A stretch of DNA of 64,000 nucleotides from Heptranchias perlo (taxonomy: Eukaryota): positions 16,926,001 through 16,990,000 of the forward strand of contig NC_090342.1 in assembly GCF_035084215.1 (NCBI RefSeq), given 5' to 3'. The notes under the pieces were generated by a model that was not told the DNA's origin, ran no database searches, and saw only the letters and a program-made list of their open reading frames with translations. Shown in pieces: positions 49,800-63,790 of this stretch (the first letter of the stretch is position 1; each line of letters begins with the position of its first letter). The position numbers were made by a program, and so were the translations under genes.

Positions 49800-51838
49800 T
49801 GATGTGGAGATGCCGGTGATGGACTGGGGTGGACAAATGTAAAGAATCTTACAACAACAGGTTATAGTCCAACAATTTTATTTTAAAATCACAAGCTTTC
49901 GGAGATTATCTCCTTCATCAGGTGAGTAGTGAATGAGAGGTTCTCAAATCGCATATCTTATATTAGGCTGGGACACCATCACACCAATCAAAGGTGTCGT
50001 TGGTGTTCAGACAGGTTAGCCACGGAAAACAGTAGGTCCCAGTATGCTGAATACACAATGTGTCAAATTACACAAACAAAGAGACCCGAAAGGCAGAGAG
50101 AGAGAGAGAGAGAGAATTTCCAGTTGTATTAAAAACAGATAACTTTTTTTTCCTTGCTGGTGGGGTTACGTGTAGCGTGACATGAACCCAAGATCCCGGT
50201 TGAGGCCGTCCTCATGGGTGCGGAACTTGGCTATCAATTTCTGCTCGACGATTTTGCGTTGTCGTGTGTCTCGAAGGCCGCCTTGGAGAACGCTTACCCG
50301 AAGATCGGTGGCTGAATGTCCTTGACTGCTAAAGTGTTCCCCGACTGGGAGGGAACCCTCCTGTTTGGCGATTGTTGCGCGGTGTCCGTTCATCCGTTGT
50401 TGCAGTGTCTGCATGGTCTCGCCGATGTACCATGCTCCGGGGCATCCTTTCCTGCAACGTATGATGTAGACAACGTTGGCCGAGTCACAGGAGTATGAAC
50501 CATGCACCTGGTGGGTGGTGTCCTCTCGTGTGATGGTGGTATCCGTGTCGATGATCTGGCATGTCTTGCAGAGGTTGCCATGGCAGGTTTGTGTGGTGTC
50601 GTGGACGCTGTTCTCCTGAAAGCTGGGTAATTTGCTGCGAACAATGGTCTGTTTGAGGTTGGGTGGCTGTTTGAAGGCGAGTAGTGCAGGCGTGGGGATG
50701 GCCTTAGCGAGGTGTTCATCGTCATCGATGACATGTTGAAGGCTGCGGAGAACATGGCGTAGTTTCTCCGCTCCGGGGAAGTACTGGACGACGAAGGGTA
50801 CTCTGTTGGTTGTGTCCCGTGTTTGTCTTCTGAGGAGGTCTATGCGAATCTTCGCTGTGGCCCATCGGAACTGTCAATCGACAAGTCGAGTGTCATATCC
50901 CGTTCTTACGAGGGCGTCGTTCAGCGTCTGTAGGTGTCCATCGCGTTCCTCCTCGTCTGAGCAAATCCTGTGTATTCGTAGGGCCTGTCCATAGGGGATG
51001 GCCTCTTTGATGTGGTTAGGGTGGAAGCTGGAAAAGTGGAGCATCGTGAGGTTGTCCGTGGGCTTGCGGTAGAGTGAGGTGCTGAGGTGCCCGTCTTTGA
51101 TAGAGATATGTGTGTCCAAGAAAGAAACCGATTCTGAGGAGTAGTCCATGGTGAGTTTGATGGTGGGATGGAACTTGTTGATGTTATCGTGTAGTCTCTT
51201 CAGTGGGTCCATAGGAAGAAAATGTCGTCTATGTATCTGGTGTATAGCGTTGGTTGGAGATCCTGTGCAGTGAAGAAGTCGTGCTCGAACTTGTGCATGA
51301 AAATGTTGGCGTATTGGGGTGCGAGTTTGGTCCCCATGGCTGTTCCGTGTGTTTGGGTAAAGAACTGGTTATCGAAGGTGAAGACATTGTGATCCAGGAT
51401 GAAGCGGATGAGTCGTAGGATGGCGTCTGGAGATTGGCTGTTGTTGGTGTTGAGTACTGAGGCTGTTGCAGCGATGCCATCATCTTGGGGGATACTGGTG
51501 TAGAGTGCTGAGACGTCCATCGTGGTGAGAAGTGTTCCTGGTTCAACTGGTCCGTGGGTGCTGAGTTTTTGTAGGAAGTCTGTAGTGTCGCGACAGAAGC
51601 TAGGGGTTCCCTGTACGATGGGTTTCAGGATGCCCTCGACGTATCCAGAGAGGTTCTCACACAGTTTCCGTTGCCTGATACGATAGGATATCCAGGTGTG
51701 TTGGCTTTGTGTATCTTTGGGAGGCAGTAGAAGTCTCCCACGCGGGGAGTACGTGGGATGAGAGCACGTAGGATGCTTTGAAGGTCTGGATCGAAGGTCT
51801 TGATCAGTTTGTTGAGCTGGTGGGTGTGTTCTTTGGTC
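49800..51838 (-). mobile_element. 5'-truncated Penelope-like element (RT plus GIY-YIG) with a 3' pseudo-LTR
   Basis: RT: MDVSALYTSIP, GTAMGT, RYIDDIF, FLD, LYRKPTD. GIY-YIG: NVVYIIRC...YIGET...RMNGH...GLN. Flanked by duplicated GAATTTTAT. Confidence 0.95.
49889..49925 (-). ncRNA. Minimal type I hammerhead ribozyme motif in the Penelope pLTR
   Basis: TCAC CTGATGA A GGAGA TAA TCTCC GAAA GCTT GTGA: conserved core, stems I and II, and a palindromic AAGCTT stem III. Confidence 0.8.
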
Positions 51839-52402
51839 GAATTTTATGAGTCTGTGCTCCTGTTAATGGATGGACAATTGAGGGCAGTTCACATCCTAAT
51901 TTCCAATATGTGCTCCTGGCGGTAAGGCTCCCCACCCAGAGCATGGACTCATGAAATTAACACCATTATCTTTACCTTAATAGAAATCGATAGGGATACT
52001 TCTCATTTTTAGCAATAATGGTTAATTTCAGTCAGGCATGTAAGAAGGTGTATGCAATGTATACAAAATTATTTCAGTGTTATTTCAACAGTAACGGAGA
52101 AAGATTTGGATTGTTGTTCATTCATCGCCATTTTTACCAGAGAATAGGAAGTGGCATGTAGGGCGATGTTGTTGTCTGCAGTTAAGTCCATGGGATGCTA
52201 GCTTGTGGGGGGGGGGGAGGGGGGGAAGGTAACATGGGGTGGGGGATGGTGGCACACATCAGCTGGTGTGTATATAAAGTATAATTGTCAACTTAATCCC
52301 TGGTTTGGATGCATAGTAATTAATTTCAGCTATTTTGTGTAAACTTTACAGCTGATGCAAAGAAAAAACCCAGTTATCTACTTCCTAGGCTACAAGCAAT
52401 GA

Positions 52403-52443
52403 CTAAGGTACTGAAGAAAAATCTAAGGTACTGAAGAAAAATC
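52403..52443 (+). repeat. Perfect 20-bp tandem duplication
   Basis: CTAAGGTACTGAAGAAAAAT occurs twice in tandem. Confidence 0.95.
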
Positions 52444-53523
52444 ATCCAATTTTCTGTTGCTTAATGACTATCCCTGCTATTAGAAGTCAAAATATGTGAA
52501 TGGCTTTGCCTGTCTGCTGAAGGCCTTGTTCTTTAGAATTTTTACTACACAATGATTGAAAGAACATACTTCATAATATAATGATGATCTATTTTATACA
52601 AATGGAAAAATTGCTAAATTCAGTTATACTATACTGCTACAGGCACCAGCATTATAATTTTTAATATTGTTACCTGATTTCCTCTTAGAAAATGATAAAA
52701 GAATAGCAAGCATTTTGGAACTTAAATGACACCAATTGTTTCAGAATTCTCGCATATTAACCACCCAGATATAACATATATGGTGGAATTTGTCTCACCA
52801 ATATAACATCAATACAGCCTATAGTTGCCGCAAGCAATATTCATTTTAGTTTATTAGTAGAAACTGCATTTTTACTGGTATTTGCACGGTATTGAATTTT
52901 CTTCTGACATTGTCTTTGTGTGAATTCTATGCTCTGTGTACAATTTTTGTCCCTGTTTGCAATAATTGGGAGGGTGCTCTACAAATGATTTTCCCCCTGC
53001 TTAGTCATTGTAGATGACTAGAGTAATTAATTCCAGTTGGAGGCTAGTGTTAATCCTGGGCAAACCAAATAAAGGGAATGAATAATTCAAAAGCACAGTG
53101 CACAGAACAAGAGAGCTTTCAGGCATGCTGCCATGATGTGGAAATAGCAAAGTACACAATAAAAGCAATGGTGAGATTGTGCCAATCTAGAAGAAGCATC
53201 CTGCTTTATTGAACCTACAGTGATTTAGCTGATTTTGTCTCCAATAGGTAGACTAATCAAGGAATGTGTATTAAATGCAGCCATACCTAATACTCTCTTC
53301 ATCCTGCCTCCTGGTGTGGATGGATTTGGAATGATTGACCATGTCCAACTGTCTTACATCAAATTTTACAGGAATTTGCTGATCCACTTCACTTTTCAAA
53401 AAGTCCAAACACTTACACTGTAATTCGCAAACCAAATTACGCCAAAAATGAAAAGAATGACAGTCTAAGCATGGAATAAGACAATGGCCTCTTTCAACTT
53501 CTTTACTATTGGATTGTTCATTT

Positions 53524-54052
53524 CTTTTTATTCGTTCATGGGATGTGGGCATCGCTGGCAAGGCCAGCATTTATTGCCCATCCCTAATTGCCCTTGAGAA
53601 GGTGGTGGTAAGCCGCCTTCTTGAACCGCTGCAGTCCGTGTGGTGAAGGTTCTCCCACAATGCTGTTACGTAGGGAGTTCCAGGATTTTGACCCAGCGAC
53701 AATGAAGGAACGGCGATATATTTCCAAGTCGGGGTGGTGTGTGACTTGGAGGGGAACGTGCAGGTAGTGTTGTTCCCATGTGCCTGCTGCCCTTGTCCTT
53801 CTAGGTGGTAGAGGTCGCGGGTTTGGTAGGCGTTGTCGAAGAAGCGCCTACCAGCGAGTTGCTGCAGTGCATCCTGTAGATAGTGCACACTGCAGCCACG
53901 GTGCACCGGTGGTGAAGGAAGTGAATGTTTAGGGTGGTGGATGGGGTGCCAATCAAGTGGGCTGCTTTGTCCTGGATGGTGTCGAGCTTCTTGAGTGTTG
54001 TTGGAGCTGCACTCGTCCAGGCAAGTGGACAGTATTCCATCACACTCCTGAC
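53524..54052 (-). mobile_element. 5'-truncated LINE family A copy
   Basis: Matches 1475-2000. Confidence 0.93.
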
Positions 54053-55257
54053 TACAGTATTGACATGCTGACTGGATTCAGTCATGTTGATGGGGAGAGA
54101 ATTTCTATAGAAAGACTTGTATTTGTATAGCGCGTTTCATTATCTCTGAATGTTCCAAAGCACTTTACAGCCAATGAAGTACTTTTGAAGTCTGGTCACT
54201 GTTGTAATGTAGGAAATGTGGCTGCCAAATTGCGCACAGCAAGGTCTCATGAAAAGCAATGTGATAATGATCTGTTTTGGCTGAGGGACAAATATTGGCC
54301 AGGACATTGGTGCTTAATCCTTGACTTTTACAAATTTATCATTACTTGACCTATATTTAGCCCACAACCAACATCACTAAAACAGATTACCTGGTCATTT
54401 ACCTTATTGTTGTTTGTGGGACTTTGCTGTGCGCAAATTAGCTGCTGTGTTTCCCCACTCTCAACAGTGACTACACTTCAAAAGTACTTTATTGATTTTG
54501 AAGTCCTTTGGGGCATTTTGAGGATGATAAATGCAAGTTCTTTCTTTTCTCTTTCTTAATGTCTTTGCTTTTGGTCTCTATGCTCCTGTATATAAAACCT
54601 AAAATGTGATTTTTTTTTAATGGCTTTATGTACTTGCATTTGCAACCTGTAAAGCCTTGTTAGCATTGCTAGGCTTCAATACAGAGATTATTGTTGACTT
54701 TTTTCTATCCAGAATTGATGCCAAATCCATCTATCCTTGTGTTCCAGAGACATATTGGTAAACCTCTACTCAATGGGTATAAAGTCATGCTATGGGCAGA
54801 TGGTGGGTCATTCCCAGTCTGCAACAGACCCGTAAACCTGATTGCAACAGCACTTTACATTCCTGAAGTCATTATTGAGAGCAATCTGCTTCATTACTTC
54901 TCAGCTTCATTTACCTAGGATATAATTGCATTTTTGCAACAATTTTATCCAAAGATTCCTTCGTTAGTATAAGAGTTCGGGATTTGCCTGTTTTCCAACA
55001 AAAGTTATTTTTCTGAATCATATCTTTTTCACTTTTTGTATATTGGGTGGTATATCAGCAAGATACCTCTGTAGGCAACTGTAATCAAGACAAATGTGAT
55101 GCAAAATTGACCGTAATGTTTGGTGAGAATCTGGAAAATTTGTGTGGCATGCTATTGGGCAAGCCCAGGGTCTCCCCATGCCTAATTCAATAAATGATAA
55201 CAAGCCCTGCATTTGAATTTCTCCATGCAAGGGATAGAATTCCAGGCAAAGATAATA

Positions 55258-58011
55258 GGTCAGAATTTGCTAGCAAAATAATGGCGAGTTTAATGCACAT
55301 GCCGTGATTAATGTGTAAATCGTTCAGCTATTTGTGGTGAGGAAGAGATACCCTGTGAGTTGCAAATCTTTACAAATTGCTGGACGATTTGGGCCGCTCC
55401 ACATTAGCCTCACGAAAATGGCAGCTCGGATCAACCACCCCGTGCCTTTCAAGAAATTGCTGCATTTGCACGTTAATTACCAGTTAAACTCGTGGCAGAA
55501 AGTTACGGCTGGTACTTAACAGTATAAGTACCCTTTTAATGACAAGATTTGCAATGCTACTCAACCTCTCCGGCCCAGAAAGGGAATAGTTGAAACTGTG
55601 GAGCCCCATTCCTGCAGGTAGTAAATTGTTCTTTGAGATTGAGGCACTAGTCAAAAATAAGGAGGCATATGACATGCATAGGCAGCTGGGATCAAGTGGA
55701 TCCCTTGAAGAGTATAGAGATTGCCGGAGTAGAGTTAAGAGAGAAATCAGGAGGGCAAAAAGGGGATATGAGATTGCTTTGGCAGATCAGGCAAAGGTGA
55801 ATCCAAAGAGCTTCTACAAATACATAAAGGGCAAAAGGGTAACTAGGGAGAGAGTAGGGCCTCTTAAGGATCAACAAGGTCATCTATGTGCGGAACCACA
55901 AGAGATGGGTGAGATCCTGAATGAATATTTCACATCGGTATTTACGGTTGAGAAAGGCATGGATGTTAGGGAACTTGGGGAAATAAATAGTGATGTCTTG
56001 AGGAGTGTACATATTACAGTAAGGGAGGTGCTGGAAGTCTTAACGCGCATCAAGGTAGATAAATCTCCGGGACCTGATGAAATGTATCCCAGGACGTTAT
56101 GGGAGGTTAGGGAGGAAATTGCGGGTCCCCTAGCAGAGATATTTGAATCATCCACCGCTACAGGTGAGGTGCCTGAAGATTGGAGGGTAGCAAATGTTGT
56201 GCCTTTGTTTAAGAAGGGCGGCAGGGAAAAGCCTGGGAACTACAGACCAGTGAGCCTGACATCTGTAGTGGGTAAGTTGTTAGAGGGTATTCTGAGGGAC
56301 AGAATCTACAGGCATTTGGAGAGGCAGGGACTAATTAGGAACAGTCAGCATGGTTTTGTGAGAGGAAAATCATGTCTCACAAATTTGATTGAGTTTTTTG
56401 AAGGGGTAACCAAGAAGATAGATGAGGGCTGTGCATTAGACGTGGTCTACATGGACTTCAGCAAAGCATTTGACAAGGTACCGCATGGTAGGTTGTTACA
56501 TAAGGTTAAATCTCATGGGATCCAAGGTGAGGTAGCCAATTGGATACAAAATTGGCTTGACGACAGAAGACAGAGGGTGGTTGTCGAGGGTTGTTTTTCA
56601 AACTGGATGCCTGTGTCCAGCGGTGTGCCTCAGGGATCGGTGCTGGGTCCGCTGTTATTTGTTATTTATATTAATGATTTGGATGAGAATTTAGGAGGCA
56701 TGGTTAGTAAGTTTGCAGATGACACCAAGATTGGTGGCATTGTGGACAGTGAAGAAGGTTATCTAGGATTGCAACGGGATCTTGATAAATTGGGCCAGTG
56801 GGCCGATGAATGGCAGATGGAGTTTAATTTAGATAAATGTGAGGTGATGCATTTTGGTAGATCGAATCGGGCCAGGACCTACTCCGTTAATGGTAGGGCG
56901 TTGGGGAGAGTTATAGAACAAAGAGATCTAGGAGTACAGATTCATAGCTCCTTGAAAGTGGAGTCACAGGTGGATAGGGTGGTGAAGAAGGCATTCAGCA
57001 TGCTTGGTTTCATTGGTCAGAACATTGAATGCAGGAGTTGGGATGTCTTGTTGAAGTTGTACAGGGCATTGGTGAGGCCACACTTGGAGTACTGTGTACA
57101 GTTCTGGTCACCCTATTATAGAAAGGATATTATTAAACTAGAAAGAGTGCAGAAAAGATTTACTAGGATGCTACCGGGACTTGATGGTTTGACTTACAGG
57201 GAGAGGTTAGACAGACTGGGACTTTATTCCCTGGAGAGTAGGAGGTTAAGGGGTGATCTTATAGAAGTCTATAAAATAATGAGGGGCATAGATAAGGTCG
57301 ATAGTCAAAATCTTTTCCCAAAGGTAGGGGAGTCTATAACGAGGGGGCACAGATTTAAGGTGAGAGGGGAGAGATACAAAAGGATCCAGAGGGGCAATTT
57401 TTTCACTCAAAGGGTGGTGAGTGTCTGGAACGAGCTGCCAGAGGCAGTAGTAGAGGCGGGTACAATTTTGTCTTTTAAAAAGCATTTGGACAGTTACATG
57501 GGGAAGATGGGTATCGAGGGATATGGGCCAAGTGCAGGCAATTGGGACTAGCTTAGTGGTATAAACTGGGCGACATGGACATGTTGGGCCGAAGGGCCTG
57601 TTTCCATGTTGTAACTTCTATGATTCTATGATTCTATGATTCTATGATTTTTAAAATTTTAGATTTAAAATTTTTATATTTTTTTCTTCCTTTACCTTTC
57701 TGTCTTTTTTTTGCTCTCCCTTAATCCAATCTACCTCTCCCTCTCTCTATTTCTCTTTCTGTACTTGATTTGACTCTAATTCACCCTATTTTCTTTTCCA
57801 TCATTCCTTTCTCAATCCTTAAATATTATTTGTTTAAGGAGATACCCTGTTGGTCTCATTGTTCACCAAGATCCCAGATGCCTTGGCGCCTGTTATCGGC
57901 TTGCACTTCCAACAATTTGCAGCACAAAAAATTTTCGAGCGGAAGGGTGCGGGAAAAAATCTAACTCACATGATATGCCGTGAGATGCCCCACTCCAGCA
58001 AATTCTGGGCC
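55258..58011. mobile_element. MITE-like element (same family as 7110-7894) split by a young CR1
   Basis: Ends are GGTCAGAATTTGCT and AGCAAATTCTGGGCC. Confidence 0.7.
55635..57649 (+). mobile_element. Young 5'-truncated CR1 LINE (family B) with an uninterrupted RT frame to 57551
   Basis: ORF 55590..57551 has no stops and all RT motifs. It ends in a (TTCTATGA)4 tail and is highly similar to 4807-6553. Confidence 0.97.
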
Positions 58012-58254
58012 AATGTAAATGAAAGAGTTCTGCAAGCAGCAGAAATAGTGTCTAGTGCTTCGAAACAGACTTTCTGAACTGATGATGAAGTGCAATCACA
58101 GCAGATATTGAATTCCTAGCAAAATATAGAGATATGTTTAAAGTACTGTGCTATGGTGCCTTGGTTGTAATGCTCTTCCAGATCAATAATAGGTTGTCCA
58201 CTCATTGTAGAGGATGGGCTCTGATGTAATAAGCCATCTTTGAAATCTAGCCAA

Positions 58255-58892
58255 ATACAATATACAGACTGGGTGATCGCTTTGATGAACACCTCCGCTC
58301 TGTCCGTAAACGTGACCCTGACCTGCTGGTCGCTTGCCATTTTAAATCCCCTTCCCACTCCTACTCTGACCTCTCTGTCCTTGGCCTCTTATACTGTTCC
58401 AATGACACTCAACCTAAGCTAGAGGAACAGCACCTCATCTTTCGTTTAGGTACTTTACCACCTTCCAGACTCAACACTGATTTCAATAACTTCAGATCAT
58501 AACCACTACTCCCATTTTTTCAGTCAGCTAGTGCTGCTGCTGCCATTTACAGCTATTCCTGATCAATCTTTTGTTTATTAACCTGTCCCACTACCACCTT
58601 CCTTGCCTTGCGCCATCATCCCTTATGTTATTTAATCATTCCTGCCCTCTACACTATCACAGATCTTCCCTTTTGTCCTTTCCTTCCCACCCCTCCCTCC
58701 CCCCCTTTCCTTGGCTCTGTACTTGCTCAAAAACTTGAACTCTTTTAACATCTTCCAATTCTGACGAAAGGTCTACGACCTGAAACGTTAATTCTGTTTC
58801 TTTCTCCACAGATGCTGCCTGACTTACTGAGCTTCTCCAGCATTTTCTGTTTTCATTTCAGATTTCCAGCTTCCGCAGTATTTTGCTTTTGA
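58255..58892 (+). mobile_element. Penelope family 2 3' fragment (GIY-YIG end plus pLTR)
   Basis: RLGDRFDEHLRSVRK...VACHF...EEQHLIFRLGTL...LNTDFNNF, with a hammerhead motif downstream. Confidence 0.85.
58757..58794 (+). ncRNA. Minimal hammerhead ribozyme motif (Penelope family 2)
   Basis: AATT CTGACGA A AGGTC TAC GACCT GAAA CGTT AATT. Confidence 0.75.
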
Positions 58893-60647
58893 CAATATAC
58901 AACTGCTGTATGTCACTACAATATGTGCATTGTGCAGTGGTCTTTTATCTGGAATTTGAAACAGAGTAGGAAAGAACAGACTGTTACCATGACAATAAGA
59001 ATAACTAGATTCAATAATTAAAGACTAATAGCATTAGCAAGGAAATTCCATAAATACATTGCAGCTTTTTGACCACATGCCCTGTAGCACTGCATGCAAC
59101 AAAGCTTAAAGCATTTAGGTTCTTACTTTAACAGAGATTTAAACAAAAATGTAATCAATTTAACTTTTTAATTGTACACTTTTATACACATTCAGAAATA
59201 ATAGAAAATTTTAAAATGCAATTTAAAAATGGGACTCCTTGAAATAATTGGACTTTTGAAGCAGCTACTGGTATATTTTACATTATAAAGGATTTAAAGT
59301 GATAATAAATTGATTATTAGCACAGATTCTAGATTTAATTTTAGCCATTTAACAATAATATTAAAAGCATATATCAGAATATATGTCCATCTGGATTGTG
59401 AAAATCTGTTGATGCCATCGAGGCTCATATTGTACTGGCAAACTAAGCAGATTACTATTAGTCATCCTCCTCCCTGCACCCTCAGGCACCAGATCATGGC
59501 TCTGAGATGTTGTTCATATTCTGCATCTATACGAGAACATAAGAAAACACGGAACAATGAAAGACAATTTGATACATTAATCCCACTCCTTCCTCAGACC
59601 ATATATCACCTACTCTACTTCACCTATTTATTCTGCTGAGGGAAAGCATTGCATAAATGCTCCCCAATCCCCAAAGTTAGTCAAGTTAAAATTCAAAATA
59701 TTTATCCATTTCGACCCCTCCACTACTCAATCTGGCTTATTGCCCGCCACAAACAACAATCTCCACCCGAAAGCCTCAGCAACACAGCAGTCTTCATGTT
59801 CCACTGAATGTTTGATCACCTAAATCTATATCATTAACCTTCAATCCCATTTGCAAACAGATTTTTATTCAGCCTCTTTTTTTTGAAAGAGTTAATCAGC
59901 AGAACGTTGCTGCTTTTGATGGGAGTCTGTTCCACATATTTACCATCTCTGTGAAAAAATATCTCCTCTAGCAATATCCCAAAACAACTCATAAACAATT
60001 AATTAAGTTGAAATGCAGTAAGTGTAGTTACGCAGGCAATATGCAGTCATTTTATCCACAGCAATATCCCACAAACAACAATTAAATAATCATTTAATCT
60101 GTTTTTTGGTAGTGCTAGATGAGAATGAAATGTTGCCCTCTATGCCAGCTCTTTTTCAAATAATGCCATGGAACAGGCAGAACCTTGGTTTAACATCTCA
60201 TCCAAAGGATAACACCACCAGCAATGTGCTCAAATCCTTAGCAGAACTTGAAAACAGAACCTTTAGAGCCAAAAACCAGAGTTTTGTTAACTGAGCCAAA
60301 CTAGCCATAGCACCCTACATGTGACACTTATTCCTACTTATCATTCCTTCTACTTCCTATTGCCAAGTCAGTTTTCAAACCAGCTAGCTAATTTGTCATT
60401 CACTTCACGAGCTTAAGTTTTTTTTAAAAATTATGTAAAACCTTATCAAATGAAAATCCATGTAAATTATATTTGAATAGGACTTCCCCATTGGGAGTGT
60501 CAGATCATGAAATTATCCCTTATATCCACTGGACTGCCGCCAACCGCTAGTTTACTTATCATCTCAAAGAATTCCCTTTATCTGTCTGCTCAGCAATTTT
60601 CTCCAAGAATTGGTTATGGTAGTCAAATATAGCTTACCATTCTTATC

Positions 60648-60946
60648 TCGAGAACCAGAGGACGCAGATTTAAGTTGATTGAGAAAAGAACCAAAGGCAA
60701 CATGAGGAAAATCTTTTTTACCCAAGGTAGTTATGATCTGGAATGCGCTGCCTGAAAGGGTGCTGAAAGCAGATTCAATCGTGGCTTTCAAAAAGGAATT
60801 GGATAAATACTTGAAGGGAAAAAATCTGCAGGACTACGAGGAAAGAGCAGGGCAATGGGACTAACTGCATTGCTCTTACAAAGAGCTGACACGGGCTCGA
60901 TGGGCCGAATGGCCTCCTTCTGTGCTGTAACTATTCTATGATTCTA
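60648..60946 (+). mobile_element. CR1 3' fragment
   Basis: Reverse complement of 40050-40350; tail ATTCTATGATTCTA. Confidence 0.88.
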
Positions 60947-60949
60947 ATT

Positions 60950-61895
60950 CAAGCTTATTAATAGTGGTAGGAAAACTGCTAGCAACCATAATAGGGAAAA
61001 GATTAGTGAGCTAATCAGGGACAATCAGCGTGGATTTGTAAATGGCAGGCTATATTTGACTACCGTAATCAATTCTTGGAGGAAATTGCTGAGCAGACAG
61101 ATAAAGGGAATACAACAACTTTGATATGTTTGGACTTTCAGGTGCTATGTAAGAGACTTGTTACAAAGATGCAAGGTATTAAAGTTAAAGTGGTAGCATG
61201 GACAGAAGGATGTCTGAGGATTAGAAAGCAGAGAATACCAGTAAATAGGTGTTTTCAGATTAGAAAAGTGTAGCACACCACAACGATCTATGTGGAATCT
61301 CTCTTGGCTTTCATATACATAATTGAGCTGGGAATGAGCAGAGGGGATAATATCAAAAGTTGCTGATAATACCTATTATGGGGGCATGGCAAATTGTAAC
61401 AAAGAATGCAAGACACTACATAGATGGGTTAGGGGAATGGACAGATATATGGCAAATGCAGTTCAACAAAGATAAATATGAAGTGGGAAAAAGAGAGTGG
61501 AAATATATCCTAAATGATAAAATTCTCAATTAATTGGAAGAACAGAGAGATGTAAGGGTACAGATACACAAAGGATTGCAGATGGAAAAAAGCCATATAA
61601 AGGCAAATGGGATTCTGGGTTTTATATATTGTAAACAATTTTACAACACCAAGTTATAGTCCAGCAATTTTATTTTAAATTCACAAGCTTTCGGAGGCTT
61701 CCTCCTTCCTCAGGTGAACGTTCACCTGAGGAAGGAGGAAGCCTCCGAAAGCTTGTGAATTTAAAATAAAATTGTTGGACTATAACTTGGTGTTGTAAAA
61801 TTGTTTACAATTGTCAACCCCAGTCCATCACCGGCATCTCCACATCATGGGTTTTATATATAGAAGGGTAGTGAATACAAAAGCAAAAAGCCATG
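60950..61895 (+). mobile_element. Old decayed CR1 RT remnant
   Basis: LICLDFQ, VVAWTEGCLRIRKQRIPVN, WQMQFNKDK and KANGILGFI fragments. Confidence 0.7.
61629..61847. mobile_element. Head-to-head palindromic Penelope pLTR insertion with two hammerhead motifs
   Basis: 92-bp arms at 61628-61811 with one mismatch and no spacer. 13-bp TSD TGGGTTTTATATA at 61616-61628 and 61848-61860. Confidence 0.92.
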
Positions 61896-62392
61896 GAAAT
61901 TGCACAACGCAGAGTCACTAGGATAATTTTGTGCTCCTGGCAGGGAGCATTGCTTACAAGAAGTGCATCGCAGAAAATTGTGGATGCAAAGACTGTGATT
62001 TTTTTGGCTGTTAAGATGAATTGGCATCTCCACAAGATGAATTGGAGCATTGGAGAGTTGCACAGGCCCAATAGCTGTGATGAGAGCCTTGAAAAAGTAA
62101 TCGCCGGAACTTTCAATTTGGACGGGGGTATAAAACTGGTGATATCAGATTGACTGCCAATGATACATTCTGCCTGAATTCCCTTTCCATAGAAGTCAAT
62201 GAGGTAGATTTTGACTTTGTGCGATAGTGTAAAATGGGTGATAGTGAGTCGGTCGCCCGTTTTGCACCTCTCCTGATTTTTATCTCCTTTTATCATTGAT
62301 GGAAATAAAAATCGAGAGAGATGTAAAACAGGCTGCCGATTCGCTATCACTCATGTTACATTATTGCACAAAGTCGAAGTGTACTCTAATGT

Positions 62393-63790
62393 AAAATAAA
62401 AACAGAAAATGCTGGAAACATTCAGCGGGTCAGGCAGCATCTGTGGAGAAAGAAACAGAGTTAATGTTTCAGGTCAATGACCTTTCATTAGAACTTGAAG
62501 ATGTTAGAGATGAACAGCTTTTAAGCAAATACAGAGGCAGGGAAGGGGGGTGGGGAGGCAAGAAAAGAACAAAGGGAAAGATGTGTGATAGGGTGGAGAG
62601 CAGGAGTGACTAAATAATAAAGGGAACAATGGTACAAGGCAAAAGGGAGTGATAATAGGGCAATTAAGAAACAAAAGATGGGTCCAGAGGAGGTGTAAAT
62701 TGTTACAGCAGAAAAGCAAAGGGGGGAGGGAAGCATGACAAAGGTGGCAGAGGAGAAGGCTCTCATGGATCAGGAATGTGACGGAGAAAAGGAAGGCAGA
62801 CCACAGGGATGTGGACCATTCCGCTCGGCCAGAATCTCCACCCCAAAGACCAGCTCATACCTCCTGCACTCCCAGTGGTTCTGGTGCAGGCATCCTCCAT
62901 TACCAGCACCGGCTGTCCGAGAGAAAATGGGAGCAGTGGTTAAGGTCTAAAGTTGTTAAACTCAATGTTAAGGCTGAAAGGCTGTAAAGTGCCTACTTGA
63001 AAGATGAGGTGCTATTCCTCGAACTTGCATTGAGCTTCATTGGAACAGCGTAGGAGGCCAAGGACAGAGAGGTTAGAGGGGATGGAGAATTAAAGTAGCA
63101 AGTGACCGAAAGGTCAGGCTCGCTCACTGAATAGAGGTGTTCAGCAAGCCTTCACACAATCTGCGTTTGATGCCCCCAGTGTAGAGAAGACCACACTGTG
63201 AGCAGTGAATACAGTATAGTAAGTTGGAAGAAGTACAAGTAAATTGCTGTTTCACCTAGAAGGAGTGTTTGGGGCCCTGGATGCTGTAAAGAGAGAAGGT
63301 GAAAGGGCAGGTGTTGCATCTCCTGAGCTTGCATGGGAAGGTGCCAGGGGAAGGGGAGCAGGGGTTTGGGGTGATGGATGAGTGGACCAGGGTGTCGCAG
63401 AGGGAATGGGAGGGGAAGGTGTGTTCGGTCGTGGCATCGCGCTAGAGGTGGCGGAAATGGTGGAGGATGATCCATTGAATGTGGATGCTGGTGGGGTGGA
63501 AGGTGAGGGCAAGGGTGGCCCTATCATGGTTCTGGGAGGGAGGGGAAGGGATGGGGGCGGAAGTGTGGGGAAATGGGACAGACATTGTTGAGCGCCCTGT
63601 TAACCACAGTGAAGGGGAATTCTTGGTTGAGGAAAAACAAAGACATTTTTGAAAGCACTGGTGTGGAAGGTGGCATCGTTGGACCAGATACGACGGAGAT
63701 GGAGAAATAGGGAGGATGGAATAGAATCCATACAAGAAGCAAGGTGGGAGGAAGTATAATTAAGGTAGCTGTCGGAGTCGATGGGCTAGT
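62393..63790 (-). mobile_element. Decayed Penelope family 2 element
   Basis: Reverse-complement similarity to 58255-58860. Translated fragments such as LALTFHPTSIHIQWIILHHFRHL. A mutated hammerhead lies at 62458-62496. Confidence 0.8.

Noticed and set aside
55590-57551. 653-aa ORF as an intact autonomous or domesticated gene
   Set aside because: It starts at a TTG in flanking MITE sequence and lacks the endonuclease and 5' UTR. The open frame reflects young age.
61814-62350. 178-aa minus-strand ORF
   Set aside because: It crosses unrelated repeat fragments, including the Penelope pLTR, and has no recognisable domain.
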